From Scyliorhinus canicula (taxonomy: Eukaryota), in NCBI RefSeq assembly GCF_902713615.1, contig NC_052158.1:20456546-20520545 (forward strand): a stretch of DNA of 64,000 nt, read 5' to 3'. Under the pieces are notes generated by a model. That model was not told the origin of the DNA. It saw only the letters and a program-made list of their open reading frames with translations, and searched no databases. Shown in pieces: positions 43,121-53,564 of this stretch. Made by a program: the position numbers and the translations under genes. Each line of letters opens with the position of its first letter. Positions within the stretch are counted from its first letter, which is position 1.

Positions 43121-44460
43121 GGGCTGGATTCTCCATTGCCCGTCCATGGTGGCAGGTTTCCTGATCCGGCGGAGAATGGAGCGTGTGCCGAAGAATGGGA
43201 TCGGTGCCGGGCACCAATCCCATTCCGATGCTCCGATCTCCCGCTGCCGCCGGCAGTGAGCTCCACGTCTCACACCTGGCGGGTGGATGAAAATCGGTCA
43301 TTTGTACCCAGGCTGGAAAACCGTTCTCCAGCTCCCCCGTGATATCCAGCTCTCTCAGCCGAGAGTCCCGTGGGTGCCAATTGGTACAAGTCCGGGAGCC
43401 ATGGCTGTTGAGGTGAAGCAGGGAGGTAAACAAACCTTTCAAACATTTTGGGCTTATTGGACCTCGGGGAGTAGTGTGGAACAACCTTGGTGGCAAGTGT
43501 GTGGGCACAGGGGTGAACCCTCGGAGAGTGGGGTGCCCTGCCTGAGACCCCTATTGTGACACAAATTCATTTAAATCCACCCCCGTAGCTGAAACCTACT
43601 GGCTGTTGAGACTGGTGACTGCTGACGGTATCTTGCAAATGTCCTGAGGGCCTCTGATCACAGGGAAACCCACCCAGCCTCATACCCCAGCAGTATCAAC
43701 AAGGCGATGGGTATGGCCATACTCAATTGTTGTCACTCCTCAGAACTGCTGCCCCACAGCAGAGGAAGCAAGGAATTAGCAAAGCTACCCCCCCCCCCCC
43801 CCCCCCCTCCCCAAGCAAAGGACACATGCACTTTGGGGCACAGTGTCCACTGGGACCCTCCCTGACACGCTGCCCCTCTCAGAGTAAAATCCTCGCTAGT
43901 GACACTATCAGATAGCCCAATTAGTGGATCACCAGCTGTCTCCAAGCCTTGCCCATCCACCGCACCCCTGATCCCATCCAACCTGCCCCCGGTCAGGAAG
44001 CCTGACCAGCGCCCTGTCACAACCTCTGTGCGAAACTCAGGCTGCACATAACAGTGCAGCTAAGGTCCCAGCAAGTGCACACGTCCCTCACTCATCCCCA
44101 TCTGTAGGACCTGCCTGCACAACAGGCTCTTAGCCTGTAGATAAATGGCTGAACATCTCCACCACACAGCCAGCTGCCACCCCCCTGGTAGGGTAGCACA
44201 AGGCCCACCCAGTGAAGGGACCACAGTAGGCCACAGTGGGAGAAACAGGAGAGGGGCCACACAGCTTATCGCTAACACCGGTTGCAGAAGCCTCCAGCAC
44301 CCCTGTTGGCCGGGATGGGTGATGAAGATAGAGGCTCCCCACATCACAGGTCAGGTGCCAGTCGCTGATGGGGACAGGGGTGCAGTATGTTTAATCATCT
44401 CAAAGAGGCTGGGTGAAGGGGTGGCATGCTGAGGGTGACCAGGCAGCTAGTGGTCCCATT
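43121..44460. mobile_element. Long degenerate Harbinger-type element
   Basis: Left TIR GGGCTGGATTCTCC preceded by TAA; right end not located. Confidence 0.5.
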
Positions 44461-46039
44461 GTACACTCAGTCCTAAATATCTTGTCACATTCACTGCTTC
44501 ATTGTCAACTCATATTGCAAAAAGCTTTGAACTTAAGAGTGCGGATGCCTGTTATTTGATATCATTGCATCTACTGAGGAAGTATAAAAATAACTCTGGC
44601 AGGGGAAGTATTGAAAAGTCTAAAAGCATTTTAATTTTGTAATATAGCTCAGTGACTCAGATATAACAGGAAGAAAAAACAAGATTGGAAATGGGTTGAT
44701 TTTTGCAAAAGTGTCAAAAGGGTTAATATTTTAGCTGAATCAGTTACAGAGCTCGAGTAATGAATTCACCTATTGCACACCCACGTGATTTTCTTTTTCA
44801 TTAAAGTCAACAGAAGTAAACACTAAGTGGGTATCAAAGGGGCGGCAAACTCACTATTGCCCATCATACACCGTCCCCAAAGTTTAAATTGCCACAAAAC
44901 CTTTCCGAAGGTTTTTTAAAAAATGCTTATAGTTAAGATCTGGGTATCATCAGCACGTCTGAAATCTGTTGCCCATCTCCAGGCCAGTCCTGAAAGCATT
45001 TAGGAGGTAATCACCTGGGACTGGAGTCACATGCAGTCCAGATGTTGTGAAGGTTTCCTTTTCCAGTTCGACCAGTTGCATTCCCTGCTTTGCAGGTTAT
45101 TTTCTTTATTGGTTGCTATGTTTCCTCCCCTTTTCCCTCGTTCTGTTCTTTTTAAAAGTGATACTATCTGCAACATAATTATAATAATCATCACTTATTG
45201 CCGTAAGTAGGCTTCAATGAGTTACTGTGAAAGCCCCTAGCCGCCACGATCCGGCGTCTGTTCGGGGAGGCCGGTATGGGAATTGAACCCGCGCTGCTGG
45301 TCTTGTTCTGCATTAAAAGCCAGTTGTTTAGCCCACTGTGTTAAACCAGCCCCTGTCAATTCTGAGGAAAACTCTTATTTACTCATTCTTGGAATCTAAT
45401 CTGTCCTCGATGGTTTGACACGATTAAATCCACCCACGTTACCGTTGGACTAGTGTCACGTCGGCCAGGCTGAGTGAAGGAAATGATATGCACTGGTTGG
45501 CTTTTTATGACAACCTATTGATCTAATGTGCTGTTGCTGTTCAAGAAAGAAAGAGCTGGATTTATCTAGCTCCTTTCGTCAACTCAGGACACCCCAGAAG
45601 CACTTTGCAGCTAATTTAAATACCTTTTATTTCAAAAATAGACTTTACCCGTAAAATACCTGAAAGAACATTACCACATTTCAAAATGGCCATCACACAA
45701 GTGCAATAATATTCAAGTTCTCTACATACATCATGGAGCTTCAGTACAGTCAAAGAAACATTGCCGACCCATCAAAATGGCCTTTACAAATTTGTTGAAG
45801 TTGTTTCCGCCAATCAAATTGCAAAAAAAAGAGGCATTTTGGCTGAGATCAAGGGTCAGATCGAGCCCGAGTTCAGGTGTTTAATGTTAGCTTGTCTCTT
45901 GGGTCTCTCTCTTCTGAGGCCCTTGAATTGGATTCAATTTGAATTTGAATTGTTTTTTGGCGTGAGCAAGGAGATGAATTGAGGGCTTGCCCTGTCCACT
46001 CTGCGCATTTGCCTTGTAACCTTAAGAAAGGAATTTAAA

Positions 46040-46830
46040 AAAAAAATAGTAATTTAGAAAAGCTAATTTAAATACTTGCCAAGCTGTTGTACTGGAGGAA
46101 ACACAGCAGCCAATCTATGCACAGCAAAGTTCGACAAACAGGTAATGAGCAGAGAGAATTCTGTTTTGGTGATGCTGGTTTTGGGGGGAGGGAAGTGGCT
46201 AGGCCACCAGGGAGAATTCAGCTGCTCCTTTTCCTAAACAGTGTCCCCTAAGAAGACGGCTTACACATCTCGTATGAAAGAAGGCTCCTCCACGCTAAAA
46301 GTCTCTGTCCAGAGCAGGGGTGGGCAAACTTTTCCGTGCAAGGGCCACATTCAGAAATTCACAATTTTAAAGGGCCGCATAGTATATTAAGTAAAATAAT
46401 TAATATTTAAAATAGCCAAAATAAAAGGTTTTTAAAGGAAAAAAAAGCAATTAATTTTTATTAATTCATATTTTAAAGTAGAAACTTTACATGAAACACA
46501 TTTATTTGAAAAACAAAGTAACTCCGTTTAAAGAAAAAAAAGCAATTAATTTTTATTAATTAATATTTTAAAGTAGAAACTTCACATGAAACACATGTTG
46601 TGCTGAGCAATGATCACCCTACTCAAGTCAACGTATCCACTCTATACCAGTAACCCCATTAACCTTATTTTTAAAAAACAAAATTAAAAAAAAAAAATGT
46701 TTTTTTTTTAATGACTTGATCTTGGTGGGCCGCATAAAGACCTTTGGCGGGCCGCATGCGGCCCGCGGGCCGTAGTTTGCCCACCCCTGGTCTAGAGTTT
46801 GTGCTCAAGCCCTCAAATTGGTTTCACTCC
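46040..46830 (-). mobile_element. Ancient Deu-domain (SacSINE1-like) SINE split by a hAT MITE
   Basis: ggaaacacagcagccaat...gcacagcaaag...caaacag...aatga resembles the reverse complement of the Deu core as recalled; similar remnants near 19335-19430, 31600-31990, 32450-32600, 47390-47490. Confidence 0.55.
46315..46789. mobile_element. hAT (Charlie-type) MITE
   Basis: 16-bp TIR CAGGGGTGGGCAAACT / AGTTTGCCCACCCCTG; 8-bp TSD GTCCAGAG / GTCTAGAG (NTCTAGAN type). Confidence 0.92.
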
Positions 46831-47544
46831 CCGTACCAGCTGTATTAGCTTTTAGATGCATGCCTTCCTGCCTTACCCCTTGCTCATTGTGGAGTGCCCC
46901 TCAAATATACATAATCTGTCACCTTTCTGTAATTTCTTCTTGGACTATGCCTCATTGCTTATCTTGGAGCGGGATGCAGACCCGCGACATTGTAAACAAA
47001 ATTGACACCTCCCACTGGCCCAAGAACAGCAACACTGTCCGACCGTACACTGTTGCCTATTTAAAACAGTTTGCTGCAAGAGATTAAAGTCGTGTTTGAA
47101 GGCTGCAGTCTTCGCTCGGAGCATTTCCATTTGCTGTGACAATAACCACAGCAAGAACCACAGACTGCTTTCTGTGTACAGCCGCCCCATGCATCCCACT
47201 GACTAAGTGTGAAAACCCCAGTCACCTCACGGTTGTTATACCTCAGCAAGGGCATTGTATTGCACGGGTTTGTACCAGCAGTTCACCAGATCTAACCTGT
47301 GGGTGAGACCAAGGTTGGCTGCTCCGGGTTAACAGATCCCACTGCAGAGTTTGGAGTTCTCCCAGTCGGTATTTAAACCTCATCCAGTGTCTATCAAAAG
47401 CAGATTAATTCGTCATTTATCTCATAAATTTTTCTGTAAGTTTTCTGTGTGATGAGTTTGCTGCCCTGCTACATAATAACAATAATTATTTGTATTTTTG
47501 TATTCCCCAGAGTTTACAAGATTCAGAGCAGGTTTCTTTGACGT

Positions 47545-48530
47545 GCATAAAATTCTTACAGGGTACATACAGAGAGGGGGTGGGATTCTTCAATAATGGG
47601 GCTATGTCACCACGCTGGCGTGAAAAGCGGCGCCAACCACAACGGTCCCCGATAATGGGAAATGCTCCCCTTCCTAGGGGGCTAGGCTGGCGGCGGAGTG
47701 GTCCCCGCAGCTCCAGCCAGCTACAGCCGGCCTATTTCTGCGCATGTGCGCTACGGCCAGCGTGATTCCACACATGCATGGGGGGCTCCCTTCTCCGCGC
47801 CGGCCCCCGGGCAATATCGTGGAGCCCTACAGGGGTCCGGCACGGAGGACCATAGAACCCAGCCCGCCCGCCGATCGGTAGGTCCGATCGCGGGCCAGGC
47901 CACCGTGGGGGCCCCCCTCCGGGGTCGGATCCCCCGCCCCCCTCCCCCCTCCAGGACGGCCCCCGCAGACTCACCTTCCAGGTCCCGCCATGTGGGACCT
48001 GAGTAACCCACGCCGGCGGGACTCAGCCAAAGTCGTCAGCCACTCGGCCCATCGGGTCCCGGAGATTCGCGGCGGGGGGCGGGTCGCTTTCAATGGCCCC
48101 CAACCGGCACGGTGGGAATCCCGCAGGTGCCTGAGTTTTGGCGGGGGAGAATCGGGAGGCTGGCGTTGGGCCGGCGGGGCGCGAGGGCCCGGGGATTCTC
48201 CGACCTGGCGCGGGGTCGGAGAATCCCGGCCAGAATGTTTTCCCTAGTTCAGTCTCAGAATCAGGGATAGGCCGTATAAGACCTAGCTAAGGAGGAATTC
48301 CTTCAGTCCGAAGGTGGTAAATATTGGGAATTCTCCACCCCGAAGGCCTGTAGAAGCTGTCATTGAGTATGTTCAAAGCAGAGGATGATGGATTTGTAGA
48401 TACCAATGACATTAAGGGATATGGGGCTAGTGTAGGAAGATGGCTTTGAGGTAGAGGATCAGTCATGTTCCAGTTAAACAGTGGAGCAGGCTCGAGGGGC
48501 CGAATTAGCCCAGTACTGCTTCTACGTTCT
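47545..48530 (+). mobile_element. Degenerate CR1 3' fragment split by a MITE
   Basis: aattcttacagggtacatacag|aga|atgttttccc rejoined after removing 47576-48231; CR1-type tail at 48480-48530. Confidence 0.7.
47576..48231. mobile_element. Harbinger-type MITE inserted in CR1
   Basis: GGGTGGGATTCTTC / GGAGAATCCCGGCC, AGA TSD, subterminal 15-bp hairpin. Confidence 0.82.
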
Positions 48531-49072
48531 TCCCGCACGTGCAAAATACTTAGCTCGCTGTGAAATTGTCAAATCAAGTTGATGAAAGACGCATATATAT
48601 TTTTTCTTTTCTGATTTAAATAAATGCCTACCTTACATTTTAGTGGTGGCTGGTTGAATATTACTTTGTTGAGGGGGTTTTCTTAACTTTTATACCTCAG
48701 TCTGAAGCATAATAAAAATGAGTCTTGGAATTTTTTTTAGCAGTTATTGGAGGTGTGACTGCCAAATCTTGTGAGATGACAATCGGTACCTGTCAAAGCC
48801 TCTGGCCAGGATTTTACACTTGCCAGGTGGTAGGTGGCAGTACGGGCAGTGTAAAATTAGACACCTTGGAGGTGGCACAGAACTCATCACCTACCAACAT
48901 CCCCTGCGAGTATTTTAACCACAATCGGATGCATTTTGTGAGTTAATTACCTGTGGGTTAAGTGACGACCTGAAGTGGCTGAGGACCACTTTCGGGAACC
49001 CTCCCACTGCTGCTGTGGTTTTTTTCGGTGCAAGGGTGGCGCTGAGTTTTTGGTCATTAGACTAGACACATG

Positions 49073-49754
49073 GGGCTGGATTCTCCACTCTCCGACGCCG
49101 AAATCGCGTTTGGCGACGGGGTGGAGCATTTGTTTTGGCGCACGAAATGAGACTGGCGCCGGTTTCGCAATTCTCCACCCCCTCCAAAAATCTGCATACA
49201 CATGGAGTACGTCATGCCAATTATCCACCACCTCAGGCCATTGCCTGAGGTCCGCCCCATGAGTCTCCGTTGCCGACCGGCCGAATTCCCGATGGCGTGG
49301 TTCCAAAATGATCCCACTGTCCATGATCCTCGCGTGGCGGCTGCAGACTCGGTCTGGGGCCGCCATGGCCGGGGGAGGGTCGATCGTCGGGCAGGGGGGG
49401 CTTCATTCGGGGCTGGAGGCAATGTGTGCGGGCGGCCCGGGGAGCATGAGCGGCCAATGCGGGGCACTATTTTGGTGGTCCAGGTCCATGGGCTGAGTCC
49501 GCCATGGAGCACGGTGTGGCCCCTGGAGGCCGCTGCCATGCGCGTGTGTGGCCTCTGACCCGGAAGTGCTGGGGCCGTATCGGCAGCTAGAGTTGCAAGC
49601 TCTACAACAGCTTCCTGCTAGCCCCCAGCTAATGGGGAATCATTTGATCCCAGTTTTCCAGGTGTAAAATACCACAGTTTTCCCGAAGACGTGGGAACAT
49701 GGTCCCAAAAACGGAGAATTTTGGACATAGCCTCAAAACAGGAGAATCCAGCCT
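49073..49754. mobile_element. Harbinger-type MITE with doubled right end
   Basis: GGGCTGGATTCTCC left; GGAGAATTTTGGAC (49713) and GGAGAATCCAGCCT (49741) right. Confidence 0.75.
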
Positions 49755-50304
49755 AGGATTTTAAAAAATTCCTTCATGGGATGTGGGACCTCTAGCAAGG
49801 TCATTATTTCTTGCCCATCCCTAATTGCCCTTGAGAAGGTGGTGGTGAACAGCTGCAATCCATATTGTAGGTGCACCCACAATGCTGTTGGGGATGGGTT
49901 TGCAGGATTTTGCCAATGTTGTAAAACCCGGAAGGCATGGCTGCCAATTGGAGAGTGAGTAGAATCGAGAAATAGTTGTTGCAAGCAACTGGGCTGCACA
50001 ATTCGCCACTCTGCTTATCGCCTTACAGTTTCCTGTCCTCTCGAGCTGGATTGATGTCCATGGCCTTGAAGTCAGTGTTTAAGTGGACAGGAAGCCACAC
50101 AAGAGCAGAATAGGCTATATTGTAAGCAGACCTTGACAAAGGAAGCTTGAGAAAGAAAAGCAGACGTTTTCTCGGATAAACTCACCCAGCGAAAACCCAA
50201 AACAATGAGAAACTTCTCGTTGATGTTTTGACAAAATAACATGTAAATACTGAGAAAAGCATCCCAGCTTCTCACAAGTGAAAAAATAGCTGATTGGAGT
50301 AAAT

Positions 50305-50520
50305 TGGAAAATTTAGAGTATCCAATTTTGTTTTTCCAATCGAGGGGCAATTTAGCGTGACCAATCCACCTAGCTTGCACATCACTGGGTTGTTGGGGGT
50401 GAGACCCACACAGACTTGGGGAGAATGTGCAAACTCCACACGGTTAGTGACCCGGGGCCGGGATCGAACCCGGGTCCTCAGCGCTGTAGGCAGCAGTGCT
50501 AACCACTGCGCCGCCATACC
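50305..50520 (-). mobile_element. HE1-like SINE (short subfamily)
   Basis: Conserved head and body. Confidence 0.8.
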
Positions 50521-52069
50521 GCCCCATGACTAGACATATATAAAATGGACAAGGGTATTGAAGTTTTAAATATCTTCATGGAAATGCCAAACAAAAGTAA
50601 ACGACCTAGATCCAATTCAGAACAAAACAATAGGATGGGAATAGAGGGATACGGACCCCGGAAGCGTAGAAGATTTTAGTTTAGACGGGCAGCATGGTTG
50701 GCTCAGGCTTGGAGGGCCGAAGGGCCTGTTCCTGTGCTGTACTTTTCTTTGTTCCTTGTTCATTTAAAAAAGTATAACCAAAAAACAAGGGGACTGGTTA
50801 AATGGGTAAGATGGTAAGTGTGTGGTTCTGATTTACGGCAACAACAGCGGTTTCGGGTTCCCCTCCTATCCCATCTACCTCATCTCAGCCTTTCTGGCTA
50901 ACGTTGACCTGGTGACTGCCTCCTCACCCTATCCGTGGTAAAAGTCACAGCATATATGCAGCAAATAATCATCAGGGACCTGCCTTTGGGCAGAGAACGG
51001 CTCACGATGATGTGGCATTAAAACACAGCAAATTATAGGAAAGGCAGCCATTGAAATAGGGGAACTGTATGGTAATTATTTTATTGGGGCAATTCAAATT
51101 GCTGGCAAGGCGGGAATACAAGAGGATCAGCTACACTCTATCCAATATTATTCTTTGTTGCGATTTGGTCAAAATGCTGGCGCTCCCTGACACTGTGAGA
51201 GCTCCCTCACCATGTTGACTGCAGGGCTTCAAGAAGGGGGCCCTGCTCAAAGGCAACTAATGATGGGTAATAAGCGTCAGTCTTGGCGGTGGCACCCCCC
51301 CCCCCCCCGCCCCCCCCCCCCCCAACCCCAAAAATAACTTTAAACTACAATGCTCGCATGCTGGGTTGCTGTTTTAGTTGCTTTTGGAGATTGCTGTGGG
51401 CTCACGATACTTCCTGTGAGATTACACAGGAAGTTAATCAAATGTTTCAGTCGATGACCTGAATCAAGTTGTCCCTGTCCGTGTGGAGTTTGCACATTCT
51501 CCCCGTGTTTGCGCGGGTTTCGCCCCCACAACACAAAAGGTGTGCAGAAGATCGAGAGGAGATTCAATAGAGGAATTAGAAATTCTGGCCACGCTAAATT
51601 GGAAAAAATGAATTGGGTATTCTAAATTTATTTTTTTTTAAAGTTGTCCCTACCCTCTTGACCACGGTGCAACACATTGGCAGCATATCAGTCTCTAATG
51701 CTGACCAACATTTTGTCAAGGACCACAACTTATACATCGAAGACATAGACTATGCAGCAGAGTAACAAGCCATTTGGTCTAACAAGTCTGAGCTGGGGTT
51801 TGCCGTCACAGGGGTCCCCTCCTATCCCATCTACCTCATCTCAGCATTTTTGCACATCTTTCGTTTCAATTTTCCCTCATACCCCATTTAATTTCCTTTT
51901 GAAAGAATCTAAGCTCTTTGCCTTAATTGCTTGAGTTCTACTTCTGAGTAAAGAAATGTCTTCTTACTTCCCCAGTGGATTTCTTGGTAACCACTGGGTT
52001 TATTAGTAACCACTGGGTTTATTAGTAACCATTTTGCACATATCGTTACCAAACCAAAATACCGAGGAT

Positions 52070-52262
52070 TCTGGAAATCTGAAAATGCTGGAAAACCTCA
52101 ACTAGTCTGGCAGCATCTGTGGAGAGGGAAGCAGTGAAAGTTTCGAGCCTGTACAACTCTTCTTGGAGCAGAGAGTCATAAGGATTTGAAACACTCTGGT
52201 TGTCTCTCGACAGATGTTGCAGGACTGAGTGAGTTTCCCCAGCATTTTCTGTGTCTATTGCA
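52070..52262. repeat. Inverted dimer of a Penelope-like terminal repeat
   Basis: gaaaatgctggaaa...gcagcatctgtggagag arm and its reverse complement; single arms at about 8915-8990, 18275-18342, 30915-31060, 41405-41475, 52560-52660; family assignment from recall. Confidence 0.5.
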
Positions 52263-52754
52263 TTTATGGACCCCGGTTTTGGATTTTGTCGTGAGTGAAA
52301 ACATTTTCTCTCCACATCTATCCTGCACAACTCGATCAGAATTTCTAATTCCTCTATTGAATCTCCTCTCGATCTTCTCTTTTATCGAGATGAAAGCCTA
52401 ATCTGTTGAGTCTTTCCAACAACTCAAATCTTTCAGTTCCAGTGCCATCCTTGCGAACATTTTTTGCACTTTCCGCAGCACAGTTAAGTCTTTTTTTATA
52501 ATATTCAGACCAGAATTACACATGGTGTGGCCTGATGAAGGTCCCGAATAAACTTAACATCAATAAAAACAGAAAATGCTGGACGATCTCAGCAGGCCAG
52601 GCAGTACCCATGGCGAGAGAAACAGAATGAATATTTCGAGTCCATATAACCCTTTTACAAAATCTTGGCATGCAAGCTATGAATGTATATTATGAATAAC
52701 AATGATTCCACCACTTTCTACTGCCCCTATCTGAATCTGCTTTAAATGTTTTGT

Positions 52755-52976
52755 TTTTATAAATTTAGAGTACTCAATTCATTTTTTCCAATTATGGAGC
52801 AGTTTAGCCTGGCCAATCCACCTAACCTGCACATCTTTGGGTTGTGGGAGCGAAACCCACGCAAACACGGGGAGAATATGCAAACTCCACACGGACAGTG
52901 ACCCAGAGCCGGGATGGAACCTGGGACCTCGGCACCGTGAGGCAACAATGCTAACCACTGCGCCACCGTGCTGCCC
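52755..52976 (-). mobile_element. HE1-like SINE (short subfamily)
   Basis: TSD TAAATGTTTT. Confidence 0.87.
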
Positions 52977-53124
52977 TAAATGTTTTATTACTGACAAAGA
53001 GACATACTAAACTCTTCAGCTTGCACTCATCAATAGAACTGGCAAAAAAATTGGTATTTCTAAAAATAAAGCCCAGTGCTTTGTTATTTTTAAATGCTTC
53101 ATTGCTGCTTCAAATATAGTTTTT

Positions 53125-53340
53125 AATTTTTTTAAATCTAAGGGGCACTTTAGTGTGGCCAACCCATGTACCCGCTATATCTTTGAGTTGTGGGGGTGAG
53201 ACCCACGCAGACACGGGGAGAATGTGCAAACTCCACATGGACGGAGATCCGGAGCTAGGATCGAACCCATGTCTTCAGAGCTGTGAGGTCGCCGTGCGAA
53301 CTACTGTGCCACCCTGCCGCCCTCTTTTAATAAACTATAC
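53125..53340 (-). mobile_element. HE1-like SINE, degenerate
   Basis: Conserved body. Confidence 0.7.
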
Positions 53341-53564
53341 GCATATATTCCTAAATCACTATGCTCTCCACCTCAGTCAGTTTATTATGCTCTAAGGTGT
53401 AGGTAATAGTTCTATTTTTCCAACCCAAGTGCTTTATTCATGTCCATCTATATTAAAAAGTTATTTGTCACCCTCATAATCCAGTCTGTAAATTTCCTAA
53501 TATCTTATTGTGTACTGTAGCATTCTCCCTCACTGTCAGCCAAGCCACCACCCCTGGAGATGAT

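Noticed and set aside
50185-50260. Possible leader or first exon with strong donor TGG|GTGAGT
   Set aside because: ATG-containing frames end in phase 0 or 2, are poor signal peptides, and no partner Ig exon was found nearby
51985-52030. Small tandem duplications (19-bp here; also 27445-27490, 15975-16005, 36395-36415)
   Set aside because: Ordinary slippage products with no further structure
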